From assembly GCA_963769885.1 (NCBI GenBank), contig CAVYNH010000006.1, positions 576,001 through 640,000 of the forward strand: a stretch of DNA of 64,000 bases. Direction: 5' to 3'. The notes beneath the pieces are model-generated. The model was given only the letters and a program-made list of their open reading frames with translations. It ran no database searches and had not been told where the DNA came from. This DNA comes from Methanobacteriota archaeon. GTDB taxonomy: Archaea > Thermoplasmatota > E2 > DHVEG-1. A program made the translations under genes and the position numbers. The stretch's first letter is position 1. Each line of letters begins with the position of its first letter. Of this stretch, positions 19,296 through 28,480 are shown piece after piece.

Positions 19296-21131
19296 ATGAC
19301 CGGCGGATACACTGGGACAACCCTTATCGTTGATCTCTCGACACAACAAACCAGAAGAGAAAGCACAAGGATAGATGATGCCAAACTGTTCATTGGTGCA
19401 AAAGGCCTTGGTGCAAAACTGCTCATCGATCGCCTTCCTAAGGGTACCGATCCTTTCTCCCCGGTGAACCTCCTGATGTTTGGAACCGGGCCATTAACAG
19501 GGACGTCAGCACAAACGTCTGGCCGAGGAACAGTGATCACCAAATCACCACAGACTGGATTGTTTGTGGATTCCCATTTCGGTGGCGCGTTTGCCATGGA
19601 GATGAAACGATGCGGCTATGATATGATCGTGTTCTCTGGCAAATCGAAAACCCCGACCTATATCACCATAGCAGATGACCATATCGAATTCAAAGACGCC
19701 GCACACCTCTGGGGAATGGAGTGCCTGAAAACCCACGAATGGCTGCAACAAAATGAAGGGCGCGTGAAAACCGCGGTGATTGGTCCAGCAGGGGAACATC
19801 TCGTAAAGTTTTCTGCGATTACCTTTGATGGTCACCGTCATGCGGGTCGCTGTGGCACTGGGGCAGTGATGGGGTCGAAACTCTTGAAAGCCGTGACTAC
19901 GCAGGGGACGTACAACATACCACTGCATGACCCTCAGCAGTTTCAAGAGCTCTCAAAAAGAGTTCTACAAAAAATCCAAGAACATCCATTTGTCCCTATC
20001 CGAAGGGAATATGGGACGCCATTCTGGGTGAAACCAATCAATGACGGGGGGCTGCTCCCCACACAGAATTTTCAGGAAGGCGTATTTGATCATGCACAGG
20101 GGATTACCGCAGAAACCATGCAAGATCGTGTTGTCGACAAGGGTGGCGCCTGTTGGAACTGCGTGATTGCCTGTTGGAACAGATCCAGCGTGAAATCAGG
20201 GCCGTTCAAAGGAACCTCGCTGGTGGGCCCAGAGTATGAGACCTTGGCGTTGATGGGATCAAATTGCGGCGTCGCAAGTGTTGAAGAAGTCGCGTATTTG
20301 AATGAACGATGTAATGAGCTTGGGATGGATACGATCTCCCTAGGTAATGTGCTTGCGTTCACCATTGAATGCGTTGAAAAAGGTATTCTTTCAACAAAGG
20401 ATCTGTTAGGCATCAATATCGGCTGGGGGAAAACAAGAGAACTCGCTCAGCTGATAGAGGCAATTGCCTATCGGAAAAATGCCGCCTGTGATGCCCTAGC
20501 GGATGGTGTCTATATAGCGTCTCGTCGGTTCGGAAAAAAGGCTGAGCGTATCGCGGTGCATGTGAAAGGCCTTGAGGTACCAGGATATGATCCTCGAGGG
20601 AGCGTTGGCATGGGTCTTGCGTATGCCACCTCTGATCGCGGTGCCTGTCATCAGCGCGCGTGGACGGTGACCACCGAGATGAATAATCCAGAGTATCAGC
20701 GATTTTCTTTTACAAAGAAAGCGGAGTTGGTGAAACGGATTCAGGATGAACGTGCCGCTTTTTTTTCTTTGGTATTCTGTGATTTTGCACCTATTTCTGA
20801 GGAGGATTGCGTTGGATTGTGGAATCATGCAGCAGGTTTTAATCACACCGTTGAGAGCTATCTATTAGCGGGTGAGAGGATTTGGAATCTCATTCGACTG
20901 TTTAACCTCCGGGAGGGGATGAACCCAGGAACTGATCGATTACCACCGCGTTTTCATAAAGACGCTTTCACGAAAGGCCCTGCAAAAGACAGAGTCCTCA
21001 ATGAAAATGAGTTCAACAAAAGTCTTCAAGAATATTACGCGCTTCGTGGATGGAATGAAAAAGGGATTCCCACCAAAGAAAAACTCAATCAATTAGGGTT
21101 GACATCGTATGCGAAGTCCATTGGTCTGTAA
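19296..21131 (+). CDS. aor: Tungsten/molybdopterin aldehyde:ferredoxin oxidoreductase family protein
   Basis: KSPQTG, AGRCGTGAVMGSK, CWNCVIAC, GPEYET, GMDTIS, YDPRG and RGACH motifs. Confidence 0.92.
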   Translation: MTGGYTGTTLIVDLSTQQTRRESTRIDDAKLFIGAKGLGAKLLIDRLPKGTDPFSPVNLLMFGTGPLTGTSAQTSGRGTVITKSPQTGLFVDSHFGGAFAMEMKRCGYDMIVFSGKSKTPTYITIADDHIEFKDAAHLWGMECLKTHEWLQQNEGRVKTAVIGPAGEHLVKFSAITFDGHRHAGRCGTGAVMGSKLLKAVTTQGTYNIPLHDPQQFQELSKRVLQKIQEHPFVPIRREYGTPFWVKPINDGGLLPTQNFQEGVFDHAQGITAETMQDRVVDKGGACWNCVIACWNRSSVKSGPFKGTSLVGPEYETLALMGSNCGVASVEEVAYLNERCNELGMDTISLGNVLAFTIECVEKGILSTKDLLGINIGWGKTRELAQLIEAIAYRKNAACDALADGVYIASRRFGKKAERIAVHVKGLEVPGYDPRGSVGMGLAYATSDRGACHQRAWTVTTEMNNPEYQRFSFTKKAELVKRIQDERAAFFSLVFCDFAPISEEDCVGLWNHAAGFNHTVESYLLAGERIWNLIRLFNLREGMNPGTDRLPPRFHKDAFTKGPAKDRVLNENEFNKSLQEYYALRGWNEKGIPTKEKLNQLGLTSYAKSIGL

Positions 21132-21150
21132 CACAGGTCTCTGAGGAGTA

Positions 21151-22320
21151 GTGCGAAACATGGTGAGCGTAAGCGAGGGAGCGAAACGGATTTATGGTGA
21201 GGCTGCCTTCGAAGTCCTTGCCAGGGCTCAAGAACTCGAGCGACAAGGGAGGCACGTGCTTCATTTTGAAATCGGCGAGCCGGACATGGAAACTCCTCGA
21301 AACATCGTCCAGGCGGGAATCAAGGCGATTCGTCAGAGAAAAACCCATTACACTCCCTCCGTCGGCATTGCGGAGCTTCGAAAGGCTGTGCAAGATGAGG
21401 TGGAAAAAACACGGAGGTTTCGCCCTGATTTCGATCAGGTCGTGATTACTCCTGGGTTGAAACCAGGTATCTTTTTTTCCATGCTCGCGCTTGTGAACCC
21501 TGGAGATGAAGTGATCTTTCAGGATCCAGGGTATCCCACCTACGGCTCTGTCACCGAGTTTCTTGGAGCAACAAGCGTTCGTATTCCACTGCTAGAAGAA
21601 AATGAGTTCCGTATGAACCCTGACGATGTTCAACAGCGGATTACACACAAAACAAAAGGAATCATCGTCAACTCTCCACAGAACCCCACAGGATCGGTCA
21701 TGACCCAGAAGGAACTCGAGGAGATTGCAGAGATTGCTGAAGAACATGATCTGTTTATCATTTCAGATGAAATCTATTCGAAGATGATTTATGATATGGA
21801 CCATTATTCTCCTGCTGTGAGAGATGAAGCAAAAGAACGTTCTGTGTTATTAGAGGGATTTTCCAAGTATTACGCGATGACTGGGTGGCGCCTTGGATAC
21901 GTGATAGCACCAGTGGAGGTGGCCCATCGATTAGCGGATTTTTTAGTCAGTGCAGTCTCGTGCACCGCTTCGTTTACCCAGTGGGCAGGTATTGAAGCTT
22001 TGACCGGTGATCAAGCCTTTATTTCTCAGATGATGACCCGCTTTAGAAAAAAACGTGATCGTATCGTCAAAGGGTTGAACTCCATTCAAGGCTTTCACTG
22101 CCTCACTCCTCAGGGTGCATTTTACGCGTTTCCAAATATCACAAAAACAGGGCTACATTCAAAGGAGTGTGCCGAAAAAATTTTGTCTGAGGCTGGGGTC
22201 GCCTGTCTTCCTGGGACGGCGTTTGGTCCTTATGGCGAAGGATATCTTCGATTTTCCTATGCGACTTCATTAAAAACCATTGATGAGGGGATTAGGAGAA
22301 TCAAAGAATTGTTTGAATAG
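21151..22320 (+). CDS. PLP-dependent class I/II (aspartate-type) aminotransferase
   Basis: IGEPD, NSPQNPTG, SDEIY and GFSKYYAMTGWRLG motifs. Confidence 0.92.
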   Translation: MRNMVSVSEGAKRIYGEAAFEVLARAQELERQGRHVLHFEIGEPDMETPRNIVQAGIKAIRQRKTHYTPSVGIAELRKAVQDEVEKTRRFRPDFDQVVITPGLKPGIFFSMLALVNPGDEVIFQDPGYPTYGSVTEFLGATSVRIPLLEENEFRMNPDDVQQRITHKTKGIIVNSPQNPTGSVMTQKELEEIAEIAEEHDLFIISDEIYSKMIYDMDHYSPAVRDEAKERSVLLEGFSKYYAMTGWRLGYVIAPVEVAHRLADFLVSAVSCTASFTQWAGIEALTGDQAFISQMMTRFRKKRDRIVKGLNSIQGFHCLTPQGAFYAFPNITKTGLHSKECAEKILSEAGVACLPGTAFGPYGEGYLRFSYATSLKTIDEGIRRIKELFE

Positions 22321-22369
22321 AAGATAGAGGCCCTCCAGAAAATAAACATGGCGACATACGGGAATCTGA

Positions 22370-22495
22370 AGATTGTTTGGTGGAAAATCGTCAATCTTCT
22401 ATATTTTCTCCGAGAAAAATAGATGGGCCCGGCAGGAAGCGACGAGGTCAACAGGAGAAAATTTTTTAGATTGTTTGCCGATTTTCGCTCAATCT
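22370..22495. repeat. Symmetric attP-like site centred on a 14-bp copy of the tRNA-Ile 3' end
   Basis: AGATTG-N16-CAATCT arms at 22370-22397 and 22468-22495; attttctcc/ggagaaaat inverted repeat; core tgggcccggcagga at 22424-22437 identical to 23796-23809. Confidence 0.85.
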
Positions 22496-22766
22496 AAATT
22501 TTGAAGAATGGTTCTTTTTTCACTAAAACATACTCTATTTTTTCTTCCCTTTTTCTAAATTTTTGATGCTTCTATTGGGAAAACCTACTAATTGTAAAAT
22601 GCTCCTAGGTTGAAGGATTTTTCACCAATTGCTAGACTGTTCTCCGAGGAAGTTGTTCGCTAAATCTTCAAGGCTTAGCTACCGAAGGCCGCAGGAGGGG
22701 AGAGATAGATCTACTGTGAAATCTCTGCATACAAATTATTGCCGTAAACAAGTATTTTTTCTATGC

Positions 22767-23210
22767 TTATACCAATCGATAATCCTCTTTAACCACCTCT
22801 AACACCACATGTGTGTTTGTTCTTTCTACGTACGGTATGGAAAGAACAGTCTTTGTAAATTCACTGAGTGTTTTTCTGTTCTTGAACTTCGCAATTGCAA
22901 CTGCATCAAATTCTCCTGTGACATCATACATTGCACACACATTGGAAATCTTGGCAATTTCATTTTCGACTTCAAGTAATTTTCCTTTTGATACGATGAT
23001 TTCCGTGATAGCGGTCAGTTCGTAACCAAGCTTCTCGTAATCTGTTATCGCCGAATATCTGCGTATGATTCCAGCGTTTTCCATTTTCTTTATTTTCATA
23101 ATAACAGTTCCGACTGAGACTTTCACTTTTTTAGCTATTTTCCTGTTTGAGACTCTCGCATTTTCAAGAAGATTTTTTAGTATATTGACGTCTGTCTTAT
23201 CCAAATCCAT
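22767..23210 (-). CDS. Lrp/AsnC family transcriptional regulator
   Basis: MDLDKTD..IL..L..NAR HTH start; YDVTGEFD RAM-domain motif. Confidence 0.92.
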   Translation of the reverse strand: MDLDKTDVNILKNLLENARVSNRKIAKKVKVSVGTVIMKIKKMENAGIIRRYSAITDYEKLGYELTAITEIIVSKGKLLEVENEIAKISNVCAMYDVTGEFDAVAIAKFKNRKTLSEFTKTVLSIPYVERTNTHVVLEVVKEDYRLV

Positions 23211-23255
23211 AATGAACCTCTGCCATTATACATATTTCCAATATTTATTAAATTT

Positions 23256-23271
23256 TTGGACAATTGTTCAA
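23256..23271. promoter_or_regulatory. Palindromic candidate operator in the divergent Lrp promoter
   Basis: ttggacaattgttcaa, a near-perfect palindrome in the AT-rich divergent intergenic region. Confidence 0.4.
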
Positions 23272-23356
23272 TATTTTTAAAAATAGCTTTATATGTATTC
23301 ATATTTATTAATGCTTTCAAAATTATTAACAAGAATCAAGGAGAGGTGAAACATCT

Positions 23357-23731
23357 ATGAAAACCATCGGGTATTTAGAAGGAACAGATCCGGAGTTCTT
23401 AACGACGCTTGTATGTAAGGGCTATCGAACGTTACCAATTGGGAACGATACCGATAACCATGGAAAAAACATCGCATTCATATCAATCGCAGATAAAATC
23501 GATCTCATCGTCGGATATCTCCACAAGGTATCCCCACTCCCAGGAATGACCAAATCCCTCAGCGAGTTCCTCACACCAGGGATTCTCCATCAAATACCAA
23601 TTCTCTTACTCGCCCCCAAAGACCTGTTCCCTGAAGCAAAGAAGATAGTATCAAAAGCGACCATGAGTAAAAATATCAAAGTGGTTGATCCAAAAAATCT
23701 TAGGACCGAAGCATTAAAAATCCTCCGTTAA
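23357..23731 (+). CDS. Small alpha/beta hypothetical protein
   Basis: GAGGTGA RBS; 124-aa ORF with GYLEGTD, DNHGK and VGYLHK segments. Confidence 0.75.
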   Translation: MKTIGYLEGTDPEFLTTLVCKGYRTLPIGNDTDNHGKNIAFISIADKIDLIVGYLHKVSPLPGMTKSLSEFLTPGILHQIPILLLAPKDLFPEAKKIVSKATMSKNIKVVDPKNLRTEALKILR

Positions 23732-23795
23732 AACTATTCTATATGTAATTCAAAAAAGAATAGCAATCTATCACGTTTTTTCCGAGAGAAAAAGG

Positions 23796-23869
23796 TGGGC
23801 CCGGCAGGATTTGAACCTGCGACCAACTGGTTATGAGCCAGTCGCTCCACCGGTCTAAGCTACGAGCCC
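23796..23869 (-). tRNA. tRNA-Ile2(CAU); elongator Met is less likely
   Basis: GGGCTCGTAGCTTAG...CTGGCT-CAT-AACCAG...GGTTCAAATCCTGCCGGGCCCA; GGGC acceptor stem typical of archaeal Ile tRNAs. Confidence 0.85.
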
Positions 23870-23931
23870 CAAGGAAAATTTCAGACCTAATCACACTGCT
23901 ACTACTTAAAATTTCTAAAGACAAACCACCC

Positions 23932-24582
23932 TCATAACCAGGAGACGACCCGTCGCGGATCCGGTCGCCGCACCGCCGCCGGCGTCTCACCCGCGTACCC
24001 CAGCAGACACCCATCCAACACATGCCCACCCATGGGAAGACCCAGCAGCCGACAGAACTCAGCGTCATCCGTCATCCTCTGCGTCGCCGTCACCAGCTGA
24101 AACCCCAGCCCCAGCGCCGTCGCCTCCAGCCACATGTTCTGCAGACAATGCGCCAGCGAACAATGCTCCACATGCGGGATCCCCCGCTGCTCACCCACCA
24201 CCAGATAATACGGTGCCTTCGCCAACAGCGGCACCTCCTCCCGGGCCGCCATCTGCAGCACCCGCAGGTACGCCTGGCCGCCCGCCTTCACCGCAGGGTC
24301 GCGCGCCATCTCCGCCTCCAGCTGCTGCCGCGACGCCACGATGCCGCGACGCAGCAGCGCCGTCGCCTCCGCCATCGCCGGGCTCTCCCGAGGAATGACG
24401 ATTATTCGGCGGAACTCCTCGCCGGAGACGCCGAGCCCCGAATACGGCGCAAGCAACCCCGCACGCACGACACGTTCCACCAGTTCCCGGGCCGGCGCCT
24501 GCGCGGTAAACCGCCGGACCGTCCGACGAGCCGCGATGATCTCCTCCAACACCGTCGCTTTATCATTCACCATAGCAGCCAT
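23932..24582 (-). CDS. Nitroreductase family protein
   Basis: RRTVRRF, APYS and QNMWLEATALGLG motifs. Confidence 0.85.
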   Translation of the reverse strand: MAAMVNDKATVLEEIIAARRTVRRFTAQAPARELVERVVRAGLLAPYSGLGVSGEEFRRIIVIPRESPAMAEATALLRRGIVASRQQLEAEMARDPAVKAGGQAYLRVLQMAAREEVPLLAKAPYYLVVGEQRGIPHVEHCSLAHCLQNMWLEATALGLGFQLVTATQRMTDDAEFCRLLGLPMGGHVLDGCLLGYAGETPAAVRRPDPRRVVSWL

Positions 24583-24724
24583 ATCCAGAACTCACCTCAC
24601 GAATACCACGATTCACAAGACCTACGCCCTACTTATGCTTTATCCCGATAGAGAAATAGAAAAGAAGAGAAAGGAAAGGAGATGGGGTGGAAGGCCGTCG
24701 GCCCACCTCCTCTTCCCAAACGGT

Positions 24725-26596
24725 TTATCCGTACTGATGGAACAGATGCTCAAGCCAGGGGAAGTGGGTCAGCAGCCAGTCCCAGAACGGGTGCGATACG
24801 CCCTGGTTCACCGGGGTCTTCAGGGAGATCGGGATGAGGACGTAGTCGCTGCCGTTCTCCTCATTCACAACTTTCACATTACCCGTGAACGTCTGGTATT
24901 TCTGGGTTGGGGCAACGACCGAAACCTGGATGGTCTTCGATCCATCCTCAGGCTTGAGGTTATCGCCTCTTAACGGTGTGAACGTCCAGTTCCCCCAATC
25001 ATGAGGATAATCAGCGACTTTCCAATCCAACCGGGAGGTCGGATCGCCGATGTTTCTGATTGTGAAGTTGCCCGTGACCGTACCGCCGACATGCACATCC
25101 GTCCACGTCAGGCTGCTCTGACTGTCCAGGTTCGGATTAAGATTATGCAGCGGGCAGACAATCACTGCGGATTCCACGACCGTGTAGTTCGCCGTCACCG
25201 GGTACCCTTGAATGTACCACGTGCAGTGGATCCCTGGATCCGGTGAGCCGATAACAACATTGTACTGATCGTGCGAGACGTTCTTCGTGTCGTTATGATC
25301 CGTTACCCCAGGCGTATTCACGTTGAAGTCCGGGTCCGAGAACGCGATCTTCAGGTTCTGCGTGTCGACCCCGGCGCAGGTCACGAAATGCCCCGCGCCC
25401 TTTTCCACGATCGGGTTGTAGTACAGGGTCTTGAACGTCCAGTCGAACCACGTCGGCCCCGGGACCCCGTCCTTCCAGCCCATCCCAGGCGGATACGGGT
25501 CCCCGGTCGCCTGCACGTAGAACCACTCGTAGTAGTTCACATCAGGGCTGGGGACTTCTCGGACATCGAAGTAGTAGGTGCTGCCAGCAGTGAGGGGGAC
25601 TGCCGGGAATGGGAATCGGACCCAGGTTGCCGCTGCGAAGTAGCCGGGGTTAAGAGTTGAGGTTGCGATGGGCACCGCAGGCGAGGGCGCGTTGTAGAGG
25701 CTTACCCGGACGTCACAGGTGGCATGCGCTCCATTGTTATTCACGAGGCAAACGTCAATGGCGTCGAGACGGTTGACGCTGGGCACGAAGCTTTGGTAGT
25801 CCCACCAGTTCATCGGCTGCAGGTTGTCATTGCTCGACTGCACCACCGGCATTTGTTGGTCGATGAGGAGGTTCCCGAGGTTTCGGGTGTAGTCGCTGAG
25901 GAGCAGGATGACGTCCTGGCAGGCAGTAATATTCGCCGCGACGCTAGCGAAGGTCAGATTGCCGTAGGTGTGCTCGGAGAACATGCTGGTCAGGCCGGTG
26001 GTCGTAAACCAGTTCGTCAATGCGGTCTGCATGTCGCTGACGTAGGTGGTGCCTTTGCTGGTGGTCTGCATCGCACGGGCGAGGGACTCGATGAGGAGCG
26101 GGACGTTGGCCTTGGCGTGATCGTCGCCGGCGCCGTAGTTCTTCACGAGGTCGAACTCGTTCAGACCGTCGCCTGGCGTGCCGTTCGGATCCTCGAACCG
26201 AGAATCAAGCCACCACAGGCAGTTGGCGACCGCGACGGGACCGCAGAAGCACCATGCAGCGACGTCGTCGCCCGCCACCACGCTGTCAAGGTGGGCGTTC
26301 GGTCCGGGGGCGATGCAGTTCTCCGCGACGTTGAGGATGTCGTCCCCCGCGACCACGGAGTTGAGAACGCCGTTGGGACCAGCCGTGATCTTCTTCCAGG
26401 CATCCTGTTTCTGATCGAAGTCCGGCATCCCGCCCGGGGTGTGCGGCGCGTAGTTGGGGTACGGCGGCTTCCAGTACCAGCCCCGTGCCATGTCTTTAGG
26501 TCCAACGCTGAGTGCGATCGGCATCCCCGAAACGAGGAGGACGCTGATAAGCAGCATGCTAACAACTATCTTTTTCTGTGTCTGATGGTAGACCAT
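24725..26596 (-). CDS. Secreted papain-like (C39/C1-like) cysteine peptidase with an amphipathic tail
   Basis: GGAGG RBS; DFDQ...FCGPVAVAN (Cys), GHFVT (His), FSDP (Asp); tail FWDWLLTHFPWLEHLF. Confidence 0.65.
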   Translation of the reverse strand: MVYHQTQKKIVVSMLLISVLLVSGMPIALSVGPKDMARGWYWKPPYPNYAPHTPGGMPDFDQKQDAWKKITAGPNGVLNSVVAGDDILNVAENCIAPGPNAHLDSVVAGDDVAAWCFCGPVAVANCLWWLDSRFEDPNGTPGDGLNEFDLVKNYGAGDDHAKANVPLLIESLARAMQTTSKGTTYVSDMQTALTNWFTTTGLTSMFSEHTYGNLTFASVAANITACQDVILLLSDYTRNLGNLLIDQQMPVVQSSNDNLQPMNWWDYQSFVPSVNRLDAIDVCLVNNNGAHATCDVRVSLYNAPSPAVPIATSTLNPGYFAAATWVRFPFPAVPLTAGSTYYFDVREVPSPDVNYYEWFYVQATGDPYPPGMGWKDGVPGPTWFDWTFKTLYYNPIVEKGAGHFVTCAGVDTQNLKIAFSDPDFNVNTPGVTDHNDTKNVSHDQYNVVIGSPDPGIHCTWYIQGYPVTANYTVVESAVIVCPLHNLNPNLDSQSSLTWTDVHVGGTVTGNFTIRNIGDPTSRLDWKVADYPHDWGNWTFTPLRGDNLKPEDGSKTIQVSVVAPTQKYQTFTGNVKVVNEENGSDYVLIPISLKTPVNQGVSHPFWDWLLTHFPWLEHLFHQYG

Positions 26597-26855
26597 CTTA
26601 ATTGCCTCCCTATACAATACCTTTTACTAATACGCTTATAATATAATAAACTTTTCACCCGCCTTCGTCAGGCGCCGAAAAAACGCCCTGAAAACGCAAC
26701 GTCCTGTGACAAGCGACGAAAAAATCTCCCTGTGACGTCCTCCGAGCAGATATTTAAACCAGAACCTCCCCCATCCAGGAAGCCACCCCCGCCGCGGGAG
26801 CCGGCAGAAAGAAAGATTAATACCCGCCCGCGCACTGCCACCCACACGGACCATC

Positions 26856-27884
26856 ATGCGGGAGCTGCCGACCCTTGCGAAATACCCCTTCCTCTCTGAG
26901 ACACGCCAGTACATCAAAGACCACGGCCCTGCCATCCCCGACCTCCTCCACAACCTGCCCTACGAACGCGCCCGCCTCACCAGCATCGAACGCCTCGACA
27001 ACGCCCTCAAAGACAGTGACGTCGGCGAACGCAGCCTCGCCACCGACGCCGACTGCATCATGGAGATCCTCAGCTACCCCCTCGCCCGCATGATCACCGC
27101 GTGCATCAACGACCCCTATTTCAAACGCCGCTACGCCCTCGGCGAAGCCTACCACACCTACAAATACCTCCTCACCGAGCCCACCTCCTTCCTCGCCGCC
27201 ATCGCCATCGAACTTGGCCTCCACGTCCACTACACCCCCGAGACCCGCCTCCAACTCCATTTCAAAGACTACCTCAGGTACGCCCCCACCACCTACAAAG
27301 AATGGAAGATGGTCAACCGCGAACTCACCAAAGGCTATGTCGCCCTCTCACACAAAGACCTCACCAGAGTCGTCCAAGAGACTCTCCGAGCCCGCATCAA
27401 CACCGAGCTCGCCGACCGCCCCTGCGACGACGACGTCACCCGCGCCTTCGCCGACGACATCCGTCGCCTCCAAGCCGTCCTGCAGCAACGCCACCAGCGC
27501 CAGGACGCCGCCCCCGTCGGCACACTCCAACCTTCCTGCCTCCCCCCCTGCATGACCGACCTCCTCGTCGCCACCCAAGCCGGCGAGAACGTCCCCCACA
27601 TGGGCCGCTTCGCCCTCGTCGCCTTCTTCAACAGCCTCAAACTCAGCCCCGCCGACATCCAACGCCTCTTCAGCACCGCCCCCGACTTCGAAGAAGAAAA
27701 AACCCGCTACCAGATTGACCACATCACCGGCGCAACCAGCAGCACCTCGTACAAATGCCCCGGCTGCGACAAGATGCGGACCTACGGCATCTGCCCCATC
27801 GACAAGATGGACGGCCTCTGCCGTCGAATCCGCCACCCCCTCAACTACTACACCGCCAAATGGCGCCAGGAGCAGCATAAATGA
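26856..27884 (+). CDS. priL: DNA primase large subunit
   Basis: KYPFL, LSYPLAR, LPPCM, HMGRF, TRYQIDHI, YKCPGCDKM and HPLNYY motifs. Confidence 0.93.
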   Translation: MRELPTLAKYPFLSETRQYIKDHGPAIPDLLHNLPYERARLTSIERLDNALKDSDVGERSLATDADCIMEILSYPLARMITACINDPYFKRRYALGEAYHTYKYLLTEPTSFLAAIAIELGLHVHYTPETRLQLHFKDYLRYAPTTYKEWKMVNRELTKGYVALSHKDLTRVVQETLRARINTELADRPCDDDVTRAFADDIRRLQAVLQQRHQRQDAAPVGTLQPSCLPPCMTDLLVATQAGENVPHMGRFALVAFFNSLKLSPADIQRLFSTAPDFEEEKTRYQIDHITGATSSTSYKCPGCDKMRTYGICPIDKMDGLCRRIRHPLNYYTAKWRQEQHK

Positions 27885-28480
27885 GCCTTTTCATCACCTT
27901 CGAAGGAATTGACGGCTCCGGGAAATCAACCATCAGCCGCCGTGTACACCAATTGCTCTGGGACCGCGGCATTACCAGCATCCTGACCGTTGAGCCCACC
28001 AAGACCCAGATAGGCGAGTTCGTCAACACCTGCATCCGCACCGACGCCGACCCCTCGCTCACCGCGTTTGCCTTCATCGCCGATCGCATCCAGCACTGCG
28101 CCCAAATCAAAGGCTGGCTCGCCGACGGCGCCGTCGTCCTCTGCGATCGCTACGCCGAATCCACCTACGCCTACCAAGGCGCCCAGCTCCAGGGCACCAT
28201 GCGCCGCCCGATCCATTGGCTGCAGGACCTCTCCAAAGGCCGCATCCTGACCCCTGATCGGACCTTCCTCTTCGTCATCCGCCCCGCGGCGGCGCTCACC
28301 CGCATCCAGCAGCGCCCTGAGCTCATCCCCTTCGAACGCCAGGCGTTCCTTGAACGCGTGCACCGCAACTACCTGCGTCTCTGCACCGGGCCCCGGTTCA
28401 CCCGCCTGGATGCCACCCAACCCGTCGAGCCACTCGCCGACGCCTGCGTCGATGCGATCCTCGCAGAAACACACCAATGA
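27881..28480 (+). CDS. tmk: Thymidylate kinase
   Basis: FITFEGIDGSGKST P-loop; LCDRYAES..AYQG. Confidence 0.95.
   Translation: MSLFITFEGIDGSGKSTISRRVHQLLWDRGITSILTVEPTKTQIGEFVNTCIRTDADPSLTAFAFIADRIQHCAQIKGWLADGAVVLCDRYAESTYAYQGAQLQGTMRRPIHWLQDLSKGRILTPDRTFLFVIRPAAALTRIQQRPELIPFERQAFLERVHRNYLRLCTGPRFTRLDATQPVEPLADACVDAILAETHQ

Noticed and set aside
23796-23869. Initiator tRNA-Met
   Set aside because: Lacks the A1-U72 pair and the three consecutive G-C anticodon-stem pairs of archaeal initiator tRNAs.
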